The notes under the pieces: generated by a model
What the model saw: only the letters and a program-made list of their open reading frames with translations
What the model was told of the DNA's origin: nothing
Database searches by the model: none
Shown: positions 43,787-53,044 of the stretch, one piece after another
Layout of the letters: every line of letters begins with the position of its first letter
Numbering within the stretch: the first letter of the stretch is position 1
Position numbers and translations under genes: made by a program
DNA from: Bacteriovoracaceae bacterium
GTDB taxonomy: Bacteria; Bdellovibrionota; Bacteriovoracia; Bacteriovoracales; Bacteriovoracaceae
DNA: 64,000 nucleotides
Assembly (NCBI GenBank): GCA_041586955.1
Contig: JBFGZE010000007.1
Span: forward strand, 10,341-74,340
Reading direction: 5' to 3'

Positions 43787-44894
43787 AAAAACAATCTTAG
43801 TTATTAGTGATATCCACCTCGGAGCGGGGTCCGTGGTTAACGGTCGCCGCAATTATTTAGAAGATTTTCAATTTGATAAAGAGTTAGTGGATTTCCTCGA
43901 ATATTATTCAACAGGGAATTATGCTAATCAGGCGGTCGACTTGGTGATCAACGGTGATCTTTTTGATTTTCTGGCCGTTCCCTTTGTTTCTTATTTTGAT
44001 GATGAGTTTTGGTCAGAAGATGCTGCTTTTGAAAAATTAAAAATGATCATTAATGCCCATAAGGAAGTCATGGCCGCTTTTGTTAACTTTGTGAAGCGCA
44101 AGGGGAAGAGCATTCGCTATATTTTAGGGAATCATGATGGTGAGATGATCTTTCCGCGTTTACAGACTTATTTGCGTGAACAATTTCCCGCGGAATTTAG
44201 AGACCGCTTTATTATTGATCTCAATACTGAGGGGGTTTTTTCACCCGCTCCAGGTGTCGCTCTTAAGCATGGGCATGAATATGAGTTAGCGCACCAATTT
44301 GATTTCCAAGACAGTATAGTGGAAGACGATCAGGGCAATAAGTATTTCATTCCGCCTTGGGGCAGTTATTATGTGACCAGGGTGATCAATAAATTTAAAG
44401 AAGAGCGCGAGCATATCAATGCTGTCCGGCCGATTAAAAAGTTTCTCATCAATGGCCTCATCTATGATACGATTTTTACTCTTCGCTTTATGTTTGCGAA
44501 TGCCTTTTACTTTATCATGGTGCGCTTTATTTACCTTTTTAAGCAAAATCGCTCATTGGTTAGGCTTCTGCGTTATGCGTGGAAAGAGCTAGAGCTATTT
44601 CAAGATTATGAATCCATTACCAGCGAATTTTTCGAAAAATACCCTCAGTATCATACGCTGATTGTTGGCCACACCCATGAGCCCAGTTTGCGATCTTTTG
44701 CCAATGGCACGACTTTTATCAATACCGGGACTTGGACGCGGATGTACCATATGGATTTTGGCAAACGCAATGACACGGAACAATTGACGTACGCTCAGAT
44801 TGATTTGGTAGAAGGGAAAAAAGGGGATCACTCTGAGGTTTTTCTTAACGCCTGGAAAGGTGTCAATCCTTTACCTTTTATCCAGCTTTCTTAA
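43758..44894 (+). CDS. Calcineurin-like metallophosphoesterase
   Basis: SDIHLG, NGDLFD, GNHD, HGH, GHTH, NTGTW. Confidence 0.88.
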   Translation: MRFLQKKQSKKTILVISDIHLGAGSVVNGRRNYLEDFQFDKELVDFLEYYSTGNYANQAVDLVINGDLFDFLAVPFVSYFDDEFWSEDAAFEKLKMIINAHKEVMAAFVNFVKRKGKSIRYILGNHDGEMIFPRLQTYLREQFPAEFRDRFIIDLNTEGVFSPAPGVALKHGHEYELAHQFDFQDSIVEDDQGNKYFIPPWGSYYVTRVINKFKEEREHINAVRPIKKFLINGLIYDTIFTLRFMFANAFYFIMVRFIYLFKQNRSLVRLLRYAWKELELFQDYESITSEFFEKYPQYHTLIVGHTHEPSLRSFANGTTFINTGTWTRMYHMDFGKRNDTEQLTYAQIDLVEGKKGDHSEVFLNAWKGVNPLPFIQLS

Positions 44895-45297
44895 TCTTTC
44901 TTTTGAATATGGTATCGATTTTATCGATGAGGTTTTGGGCAGAATAAGGCTTCACCATTAAATCAGTGATACCACTTTGAATCGCCGCCATCACTTTTTG
45001 TTGATCGCTATCAGATAAGGTTAATAGAAAGGCACAGTCCTTATTCCAATGGGTATGGGACTGTAGTTTTTCCTTAATTTCTAAGGCCGAAAGTTTATCC
45101 ACTTCATTATCACAAATAACTAATTGAAAAGGCCTATTTTGCTTGAAGGCGTCCTCTACCTTAGACCAGGCGATTTCACCATCTTTGGCCTCTGAGACCT
45201 TGGTAAAGCCAATTTCAAGCAGCATTCTCTTGAGTCCTTGTCTAATGGTATCACCACCTTCGATGATAAGAATAGGCATACTGGCCTTGAGCTTCAT
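44878..45297 (-). CDS. CheY-like single-domain response regulator
   Basis: ILIIE, EAKDG, VICD (phospho-acceptor Asp), VKPY. Confidence 0.85.
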   Translation of the reverse strand: MKLKASMPILIIEGGDTIRQGLKRMLLEIGFTKVSEAKDGEIAWSKVEDAFKQNRPFQLVICDNEVDKLSALEIKEKLQSHTHWNKDCAFLLTLSDSDQQKVMAAIQSGITDLMVKPYSAQNLIDKIDTIFKRKIKKAG

Positions 45298-46481
45298 TAC
45301 GCAACCTCTTTTTGCATTTCTGTTTTTGGTTTGTAAACTATTATTCCATAAAGAACCTGAACTAGAGCAGGGGGAAAATTATTTTCTAGGCCTGGGATCA
45401 TGGCGAGATCTCTAATCAGAGTAATCGTTTGCTTGAGAGTATATCGTTCACCATTTATTTTACCACCGGAGAATTCAAGTACATGAGCACAAAGGCCAAG
45501 TACTTGAGAAAGGGGGTTTACAAATTCATCTTTTTTCATGTGAGGGTAACCGGTGCCATCTATTCTTTCGTGATGTTCTTCAATAATACTGGCACAATTG
45601 GGAGAAATTTGAAGCCCTGCTTTTTTTGCCAGATGGATTGAAAATAGTGAATGTTTACGCAGCTCTTTCGTCATTTCATAGGAGATCAGGTTATGGGGAA
45701 AATAATCGATATCAGAATTAATTTGACTGGTTCCTAAGTGGGAAATGAAGGCCGCAATAATTAAGTCTCCCAATTCTTCATCATCATCTAGACCATTTTG
45801 TTTGGCCAATAAAAAACTGAGTGCCACCAAGCGATTTGTAAATGAATCGTGATCTAATAATTGATCCCCAAGATATTTCGCTAAGCTCGTAGAGGGGCCT
45901 ATATAAAGACTTAACATCGTTGTTTGCTCTTGGACTGTTTTAATGAGAGGGAGGAAGTCATCATTGCTAAGGCCTTTGCATAAACTATTTTTAAGATTAA
46001 GTATATCTTGTGCTTTAATAGCAGCTTTTTCTTCAGGGGTTAATTGGTCTCTTGGGGTCTTCTCCTTCTCCTGTTGATCGTTAATGACTGATGGGGTAAA
46101 ACCAAAATTAGTATCGGCCATGGGATCGGCTGAGGATGATTGATCATTTTCATGAGATTGGTATTGACCTCTTATCTGGGCAATCCTGTCGATCTCCTTT
46201 TGGGGCGGATGGTTTTGCACGAGATCGGGGATATTTTCTTCTTCTAATTCTGAAAATCGTAAAAAGGTTCTTTTTTGTCTTAATGAGATGGCAATCTTTC
46301 CACCTTTCATTGTGATATAGGAAAGGAATTGGCGTTTGTCTTCGCAAAGGGGAGAATTCGCATTGAGATAAATGGAATAGTTTTTATTTTGCGGGTTAAA
46401 AATATGAACCTGAAATGGGAAGGCCCTATCCTTTGGTAATAGATTAATACTAATAAAAAAGTATTCCCTTTCCTTACTCAT
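45297..46481 (-). CDS. HD-GYP domain protein (HD motif degenerate)
   Basis: HHERIDGTGYP intact; ISHLG replaces LHD(I/L)G. Confidence 0.8.
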   Translation of the reverse strand: MSKEREYFFISINLLPKDRAFPFQVHIFNPQNKNYSIYLNANSPLCEDKRQFLSYITMKGGKIAISLRQKRTFLRFSELEEENIPDLVQNHPPQKEIDRIAQIRGQYQSHENDQSSSADPMADTNFGFTPSVINDQQEKEKTPRDQLTPEEKAAIKAQDILNLKNSLCKGLSNDDFLPLIKTVQEQTTMLSLYIGPSTSLAKYLGDQLLDHDSFTNRLVALSFLLAKQNGLDDDEELGDLIIAAFISHLGTSQINSDIDYFPHNLISYEMTKELRKHSLFSIHLAKKAGLQISPNCASIIEEHHERIDGTGYPHMKKDEFVNPLSQVLGLCAHVLEFSGGKINGERYTLKQTITLIRDLAMIPGLENNFPPALVQVLYGIIVYKPKTEMQKEVA

Positions 46482-49300
46482 TAGGCGGCCCTCCTTTTGA
46501 AAAAGGAGAAGAATCCCATTTTCTTTTTTTTGGGTTTTTCTTTTTCTGGAGGTTTGGTGGTTTGATTCATTCTAATGGGCGTAAAGTGTTGTATCATTTT
46601 TCCACGAGAGAGTTCTAGAACGGCCTCAAAGAGAGCATTTTTTTCTGTCGCTAATTCTTCTTTGGCGCTGGCAAGAATAAAACCTAGTTTTTTCACTCCT
46701 TCATAAAAAGGGAAGACAAAGTCATAATGATCATCCTTTATAGGGGATTGATACCAAGTCGGAGAGTCTACCTCGTTCCATAAATCCCAATTTTCAAGGA
46801 GATAAGATTCCCATTCCTCAGACTCCAAAAAATCACCTTGATGGCCACAATGCACTAATTCTTGAGCACCGGTCTGAGGATTAGTCCAATAAAAGCTGGT
46901 ATTTATTTGCAATTCATCTTTAAGAAAATTGGAAAAATGCTCAAAGAAGTTTTGATTAGGGTAGTTTTGATAAATATGAAGGCCCTTAATGAGATATTCA
47001 AGGCCATGAGATTCTGGCGGATACAAGGTGAGAGCACCTTCGACTTCCTGATCTTGCACAGATTCTTCCTCTAATAATGATGGATCTATGTTTAATTGTG
47101 CCATTTGTTTGGCCAGGTCGGCACCATTGTGCTCTCCTGGTTCAAAATGATAACTTTCTTCATCGAGAGCAGCTTTTCCAATTTGAATCGCATCAAACTC
47201 TTTTTTGAATTTAGAATAATCGATGCTACCGGCGGGCCCACTTTCCTTTGATAACTTTTTGAGGACATCTTCCTCAATTTCTGGAACCTCTTTTTCTGGC
47301 CCTCTTCCAGATGGTGTAAAATTATTGCCCCAGATATTTTTATTGTGGTGGAGAGAGTGTTGGTTGGAATAGTGAGATTTGATATTATCGGATTTATTAT
47401 CGGCCTTGTTCCCAGAACTTAAATCAATCTCATCGATGGCGGCGGCCCCTTTGAGGTCATTTTCTGCCTTTTCATTAAGAGTAAAACCTATGGTATTGTC
47501 GTCTTCTAGGTTTTCATCTTGAGTAGTGGCGTTATTAAAGCTTCCATCAGGGTCAATATTGGGGAGATATTCGCCTTCGTCATCATTTTCGATATCAAGC
47601 TTACTACGTTTTTTATTCCTGATATTTTCAGGTAAAGAGAGATCTTCTTCCTCCTGGTCAAACCCATCCTCATTTTCTAAACTAAGTGAGGATTTACTTT
47701 TCCTTTTTGGCCTCTCTTCTGCATTATTTTTTAGAGTTGCATTTTCGAGCATATTATCAAGGTCAGTAGGAATTCCTTCATGAATATTGGATTGCGTCTC
47801 TTGTTCTATTTGGTTGAGCATATTCTCTAGCTCATCATCAAGTAGATCTAGGGACTTGTTGGTTTTTTTAGGAGGTTTTTTCGCATTCATTTCTTGAGTG
47901 GATGCGGTCTTATTGTTTTCCTCTTCCAAATTTAAACGAATTTGGGAGCGTTGTTTTTGAGTGAGACCGAATTCATCTTCTTTGTCTAAATAATCATCGT
48001 CCTGAGCGTCCTCTAGATCTAGCTTTGTGGGAGGAGATCTTCTTTTCTTCGCTTGCTCTTCTTCTTCAGCTGCTCTAAGTGCCTCTTGTATATCATCTTC
48101 TAATTGTAATTTAGTACGATTGGATTCTCCTGGTTTGAGATCATTGTCTTTTTGATATTGATTAGGATTTTTTTGATTTTTATTGGTGTTATTTGTTCGC
48201 TTATTATCGGTACTATAATCTTCTGATTCTTCGTCTAAATAACTTGAAATGCTATCCATTAGTTCACTTTTAAGTGGGAGCTCTTTGGAACGGCCAGTGA
48301 TCGGACCATTTTCTAAGTTGTCGCGAACTGTATCCGCCATGAGGTCTTCGAGTTGTTCATCCTCATTTCTCTCTTGTCTACTGAAATCATTGTCAAAGGA
48401 CTCTTGAAAATTGCTGGCGCCTGTCATATCGCTTTCGATTTGTTCGACACCATCTTGGCCACCTTTATAATAATTATCGATAAAATTACTAATGTCCTTT
48501 TTCACCTCATTTTCTTTGTCTAGTTCTTCGTTTTCCGCCTTATTGTTAATACTTCCTTTATAATAGGAGGAACTAGCGTTATTGTCAGGAATTTGGGGAT
48601 TTAGCTTTCTTTCACCTGGGGCATAATCATCACTTTTGTTCTCGGCCGGGCCTTCTTTTTCTCCTTGATCAAAGTTTTCTTCTTTCTCGCTGGAGCTTTG
48701 GTTTTCTGCGAGAAATTCCTTCATGCGCTGAGATGCCTGTTCTTCTGGAGTTTTTGGCGCATTCTGGTCCGCTTTTTTTCCATGCTCAGCTTGAAGTTCA
48801 TTCAATTGAGCAGTAAGGTTTTTTTCTTTTTCTTCTACTTTCTGTTGCTCAGGGCCTTTTTCCTCTTTGCTCTCAAGTTCAAGACGGCGATTAAATTTTC
48901 CTTTAGTGCTTGTATTGGCAATGGAGCGTAGGAATAACTTGACTTTGTATTGGAGTGTTTTTGCTGCAACTGGTTCAACGATACTATCGGTTAGGCCAGC
49001 TTTGATAAATTTATCAAGGGTTTTAGGGGGGATGGTTTTTTTGGTGAGCAATAAAATTTTATTTTCATTTTTTTTATTTACGGGTTTACATTTTTGTAGC
49101 ATCGATGCACATTTTCGTGCATTGCTGGCAAGCACTAGGCATTGTCCGATAGTTGCCATCAATTGCAACATTTCATCAAGTGAATCGACGACGTAAATTT
49201 CTATATTATCTTCTTTTGCATGTGGCCCAATGGCCTCTTTCAAATCTTGAAAAGGCTGGCTGAGGGGAGCAAGAAATATGAGAGATTTGGGGTTGCTCAT
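46481..49300 (-). CDS. Large protein: pseudo-receiver N-terminus, long acidic low-complexity linker, C-terminal globular (possibly GAF-like) domain
   Basis: REC-like pattern ending EPVAAKTLQYKV without acceptor Asp; roughly 600 aa rich in D/E/N/K. Confidence 0.7.
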   Translation of the reverse strand: MSNPKSLIFLAPLSQPFQDLKEAIGPHAKEDNIEIYVVDSLDEMLQLMATIGQCLVLASNARKCASMLQKCKPVNKKNENKILLLTKKTIPPKTLDKFIKAGLTDSIVEPVAAKTLQYKVKLFLRSIANTSTKGKFNRRLELESKEEKGPEQQKVEEKEKNLTAQLNELQAEHGKKADQNAPKTPEEQASQRMKEFLAENQSSSEKEENFDQGEKEGPAENKSDDYAPGERKLNPQIPDNNASSSYYKGSINNKAENEELDKENEVKKDISNFIDNYYKGGQDGVEQIESDMTGASNFQESFDNDFSRQERNEDEQLEDLMADTVRDNLENGPITGRSKELPLKSELMDSISSYLDEESEDYSTDNKRTNNTNKNQKNPNQYQKDNDLKPGESNRTKLQLEDDIQEALRAAEEEEQAKKRRSPPTKLDLEDAQDDDYLDKEDEFGLTQKQRSQIRLNLEEENNKTASTQEMNAKKPPKKTNKSLDLLDDELENMLNQIEQETQSNIHEGIPTDLDNMLENATLKNNAEERPKRKSKSSLSLENEDGFDQEEEDLSLPENIRNKKRSKLDIENDDEGEYLPNIDPDGSFNNATTQDENLEDDNTIGFTLNEKAENDLKGAAAIDEIDLSSGNKADNKSDNIKSHYSNQHSLHHNKNIWGNNFTPSGRGPEKEVPEIEEDVLKKLSKESGPAGSIDYSKFKKEFDAIQIGKAALDEESYHFEPGEHNGADLAKQMAQLNIDPSLLEEESVQDQEVEGALTLYPPESHGLEYLIKGLHIYQNYPNQNFFEHFSNFLKDELQINTSFYWTNPQTGAQELVHCGHQGDFLESEEWESYLLENWDLWNEVDSPTWYQSPIKDDHYDFVFPFYEGVKKLGFILASAKEELATEKNALFEAVLELSRGKMIQHFTPIRMNQTTKPPEKEKPKKKKMGFFSFFKRRAA

Positions 49301-49307
49301 AGTTATT

Positions 49308-49335
49308 TTATCGGCAATTTTTTCCTCTTTCTTTA
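49308..49335 (-). promoter_or_regulatory. Sigma28 (FliA) promoter
   Basis: Minus strand TAAAG-N15-GCCGATAA, ending 7 nt before ATG 49300. Confidence 0.75.
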
Positions 49336-49648
49336 CTCTATAGTCATTTCGGCATTAATTTTTTAAATCATTTGGTAAGGGATTGATTTAACGATCATTT
49401 ATCGGAAATTATAGTGATCAGAAACTGATTTTGGCGGGTAAATGGCGAATTGAATAAACCAACAAGTGAACTATTATTTTTGAGTGGGGAGCAAAAAAGA
49501 CTTTAGAAAACTTTGCCGGTTCCGAAAGGGTAATTGTCTGCAAGAGTAGGCATTAAAATTTGATTATGAGAGCAGTATGCTCATTGATCCTCATGGCTAG
49601 GGGGTTGAGTTCCAGGGAAGTTGGGACCGATTAGCAAGGAGGATTTAT

Positions 49649-50482
49649 ATGGGTTATAGAATTAACACCAACGTCACTTCACTGACAGCACAAAGAACAC
49701 TAGGCGCAAGTAACAGAGCACAAGAAAGAACGCTTAATAAGCTTTCTTCAGGACAACGAATTGTCCGTTCCGCTGATGATGCTGCCGGTTTAGCAATTAG
49801 TGAAAAATTGAAAGCTCAGATTCGCTCGTCGAATCAAGCTGAAAGAAATGCAAATGATGGTATTTCCATGATTCAAACAGCAGAGGGTGGTCTGAATGAA
49901 ATTTCAAATATCCTTATTCGTTTGCGGGAATTATCAATCCAATCTGCTTCAGACACCGTCGGTGATTCTGAACGTCAATTCACCGATCTTGAATACCAAA
50001 ACTTAAAGGAAGAAGTTCAAAGAATTTCTCAGGTTACTGAGTTTAACGGTAAGAAGTTATTAAATGGTACTGGCGAAAGGTATGATTTTCAGATTGGGAC
50101 AAATAATAATGAGTTTGAAGATCGAATTTCTTTTGATGCTCAGAGAGTTAACTCTACAAATGAAACTCTAGGAATTGATTCGCTCAATGTTGTGACAAAA
50201 GAAGATTCGCAAAATGCCCTTCAGGCACTTGATTCTGCGATCGAGAATATTTCTGGTCAGCGAGCGGAATTAGGCGCTAAGCAAAATCGTTTGACTTCAA
50301 CCATTAATAATTTACAAGTATCTTCTGAGAACATGAGTGCTGCGAATTCTCGTATTCGTGACACTGATTATGCCTCTGAGACAGCTAAAAATGCGAAGTT
50401 AAATATCTTAACTAACGCAGGTACAGCAGTCTTAGCACAATCAAATGCTCAAGGTGGAAATGCTCTGAAATTGATTGGGTAA
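49649..50482 (+). CDS. fliC: Flagellin (short, 277 aa)
   Basis: RINTN, LSSG.RI..ADDAAGLAISE, QRAELGA.QNRL, SRIRDTDYA.E. Confidence 0.96.
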   Translation: MGYRINTNVTSLTAQRTLGASNRAQERTLNKLSSGQRIVRSADDAAGLAISEKLKAQIRSSNQAERNANDGISMIQTAEGGLNEISNILIRLRELSIQSASDTVGDSERQFTDLEYQNLKEEVQRISQVTEFNGKKLLNGTGERYDFQIGTNNNEFEDRISFDAQRVNSTNETLGIDSLNVVTKEDSQNALQALDSAIENISGQRAELGAKQNRLTSTINNLQVSSENMSAANSRIRDTDYASETAKNAKLNILTNAGTAVLAQSNAQGGNALKLIG

Positions 50483-50507
50483 GACCAAAAATAAATTATT
50501 GCAATAT

Positions 50508-50533
50508 AAACCCTCCGAATGGAGGGTTTTTTT
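50508..50533. terminator. Intrinsic terminator after flagellin
   Basis: AAACCCTCC-GAAT-GGAGGGTTT plus T-run. Confidence 0.85.
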
Positions 50534-50828
50534 AAATTCTCTCGAAGTTTTTCATCTCAATTTCAAGGGTACCAAAACTTTCTTCAAAGCGATGGCGAAA
50601 GGGATGGTCTGGCGCCAGGCGGGACTTTATCTCTGCCAAATCTTTGCTTAAGCTTTGCATTTCCTTAGCTGTCGCAAAGCAGATATCGCATACTTCTTGA
50701 GTAAAGATATTGTCCGCGCTTTGCAAGATTTCCAGGTTTTTTTTCACCTGAGACAGTCTTTGGCGGATGTTGCTTTCAACTTCGGCCAAGGACTCGTCAT
50801 TAATATCTTTACCATCTTTAAAATACAT
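50532..50828 (-). CDS. Small hypothetical helical protein
   Basis: 98-aa ORF with SD AGGA. Confidence 0.65.
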   Translation of the reverse strand: MYFKDGKDINDESLAEVESNIRQRLSQVKKNLEILQSADNIFTQEVCDICFATAKEMQSLSKDLAEIKSRLAPDHPFRHRFEESFGTLEIEMKNFERI

Positions 50829-51109
50829 AAATTATTCCTGCTTTATTGTGTTATCTCTATTTTACCGCAGTTGTCTTAATGGTCCTGTTGGGAGAGGGCA
50901 AAAGTGCGCTTATTGATGAGATTTTGTGCAAATAAAACTTAATTATTAGTGGGTTAAGCGATAAAAAATAAATATTTTTTTTGGAAAGATACATTTTTTT
51001 AAAAAGCTTTAACTTGTTGAATTTATGAACCTTGCCTCATTTTTCGGTCAGTTTTAAATCCCAATTATGAAAAATGAGTGACTTCTTTCAATAATAATTA
51101 TGGAGATTC

Positions 51110-51664
51110 TTACAAACCTAATTTCCAGTATTTATATTGTCCCAAAAAGGTAATAAGGCGCTGGGCCCCTATTCCCATAAAAAGCCAACTGGCCATAAAA
51201 AGAAAACCGGTGTTCATGGCATAAGTTTCAAATGAAAGATGGGCGCCCATCAAAAGTCCTAAATTGAAAAGGCCATAGGTCAATGTCGCGTACCAGGAAA
51301 GTTTGGCGATACGAGTGCGCTCAAGAGGTCTTAAAAGAGCGAGAGAGAGAAGAGCACCGAGGCCCATAAAAACCAGGCCACAATAAGCACCGCAAAGGGC
51401 GGGATGAATTTCCATGAGAGAGTGGCCAAGACGATGGCCAAGCTGATTGAGAGCAAAGGGAATGCGCACACCAAATTGGGGGCAGATACTAAGGGTTAGA
51501 ATCGATGCCATAAAATGTAGCCCAAAAAACTTGAGATAGAGGTGTTGTTTGGAGGTGTTTAAGTCGCGAAGAATATCATCTTTAATGGCCAAGGGGCGCG
51601 GTGGCGGTACAAGGTTGTCTTCTCGAAGAAATTCATTTAATTCCTCATTGAGATTTTTATTCAT
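51110..51664 (-). CDS. Putative membrane anti-sigma factor (Cys/His-containing)
   Basis: Overlaps the sigma gene stop; about 4 TM helices; ICPQFG and HPALCGAYCG. Confidence 0.65.
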   Translation of the reverse strand: MNKNLNEELNEFLREDNLVPPPRPLAIKDDILRDLNTSKQHLYLKFFGLHFMASILTLSICPQFGVRIPFALNQLGHRLGHSLMEIHPALCGAYCGLVFMGLGALLSLALLRPLERTRIAKLSWYATLTYGLFNLGLLMGAHLSFETYAMNTGFLFMASWLFMGIGAQRLITFLGQYKYWKLGL

Positions 51665-52187
51665 GACAATCCTCCTTATCGGCAAAAATATTTTTTAATT
51701 TGGCGAGCAGGCGGCTTATTCTTTTTCGGCCTTGGGCCTCTGTGAGTTCCAACTCCCGCGCCAATTCTTTAAAGGTCAAACCCTCTACCATTCGTCTGTC
51801 AAAAAGTGGCCTCTCTTTTGGGCCCAGTGCTTGATAAATTTGTTGCCATAAAATGGCCTGATCAAAAGTATTCTCCACCGCTAAATGCTCATCTAAAAAT
51901 GGCACCTGATGGGGTGGCAATTGGCGCCAATGATCAATCAATGTATGTCTTATTAAAACAAAAAACCATGGCGCAAATGGTTTATCACATTGGAAGAGCC
52001 CGCGTTTAAGATGAAGCTTGAGCCAGATCTTTTGTGCTAAATCATGGACGTCATCTTCCGTCAGGTATTTCCGTAAATAAGAAATGACCTTGGAAAAATA
52101 ACGAGCATAAAGCTCTTCAAACGCCTCGCTGTTATCCTGCAGGTAAGCGGCCATCAATTGGCCATCTGTTAATTCATTCATTTTCAT
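51657..52187 (-). CDS. ECF sigma factor
   Basis: AFEELYARY, DL.Q.IWLK, F.PW...IR...IDHWR (region 2), GLTFKELA..L (region 4 HTH). Confidence 0.9.
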   Translation of the reverse strand: MKMNELTDGQLMAAYLQDNSEAFEELYARYFSKVISYLRKYLTEDDVHDLAQKIWLKLHLKRGLFQCDKPFAPWFFVLIRHTLIDHWRQLPPHQVPFLDEHLAVENTFDQAILWQQIYQALGPKERPLFDRRMVEGLTFKELARELELTEAQGRKRISRLLAKLKNIFADKEDCHE

Positions 52188-52212
52188 CGACAACGGACGC
52201 CTTTTTAAGGAA

Positions 52213-52239
52213 TACGGGCCAAGGCCTGGTTTTGTGACA
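52213..52239 (-). promoter_or_regulatory. Putative autoregulatory ECF promoter
   Basis: Minus strand TGTCACA-N16-CGTA just upstream of the ECF gene. Confidence 0.6.
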
Positions 52240-52342
52240 ATTTTATCAGAAAAAACGATAACGCGCAGAAATTAGGTGTGAGGGAGATCAATCAAGTTGG
52301 TTATTTTCTGGCAATACGCCAGTATAGAGTGAGGATAATGGA

Positions 52343-52933
52343 CTAGAGAAGTTCAACGATCAATTGGTTATTATTGAATAATTTAATATCAAGAGCACGG
52401 GCCTTTAGGCGGATCAATTGCATTTGAACCTTGGCCTTTATACGATTGGCCTTAACTTCTTTACCGTTGATGGGGATAAAAACCTGGGCCTCACAACCTT
52501 TTCCCTGGGTTTTTTTTTCGACATTGATTTTAAAGCTGCGGCCCAATTTAAAACGGTGCTGGTCAACATTCTTTAAAATGGCCGCCAACCTCTTTGGAGG
52601 GGTCCAGTTAAGGGTATGCTTGTCAATAAACTTGAGCTGCTTTTGCTTCAAAGGAACGAGCTTTTTCCCCAAATAACTACGAGTTTCACAGGGAATGATT
52701 CCCTTTTTACGCATCCCGTAGTTTTTCCAATAGGGGACCATGGTTTTTTGTTTTTTGATTTCACAATTAGAATTAGTCCGGAGATTGATTTTAAAATCAC
52801 CTATGCCCTCAATAGAAATTGTCACGGCATCAGTTGTACCTTTAAGCATTTTGCATTGATAATCTAAATCGCCAGCGTAATTAGGTGAAATGATGAGTAA
52901 AATGAGAATAATGAGCATGAGCCATTTTTCCAT
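52343..52933 (-). CDS. Secreted basic hypothetical protein
   Basis: Signal peptide, SD GAGG, Lys-rich mature part. Confidence 0.7.
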   Translation of the reverse strand: MEKWLMLIILILLIISPNYAGDLDYQCKMLKGTTDAVTISIEGIGDFKINLRTNSNCEIKKQKTMVPYWKNYGMRKKGIIPCETRSYLGKKLVPLKQKQLKFIDKHTLNWTPPKRLAAILKNVDQHRFKLGRSFKINVEKKTQGKGCEAQVFIPINGKEVKANRIKAKVQMQLIRLKARALDIKLFNNNQLIVELL

Positions 52934-53044
52934 TAGGATCCTCTTTTTTAGGGTGTTTTGAGCTAGCTATGGGTTATACCAGGTTTTAGAAAACGAACAA
53001 TGCGATGTGTAAAAAATGCGGGCCTGGGGACCAGGGAGAAGCTA

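Noticed and set aside
14780..44894. Several 17-29 nt tail-to-tail overlaps of convergent genes (14780-14808, 36422-36442, 44878-44894)
   Set aside because: Common in compact genomes; no sign of a dedicated function
49502..49528. Candidate sigma28 promoter for fliC (TTTA-N15-TCCGAAAG)
   Set aside because: Plausible position, but both boxes are degenerate, so too weak to call
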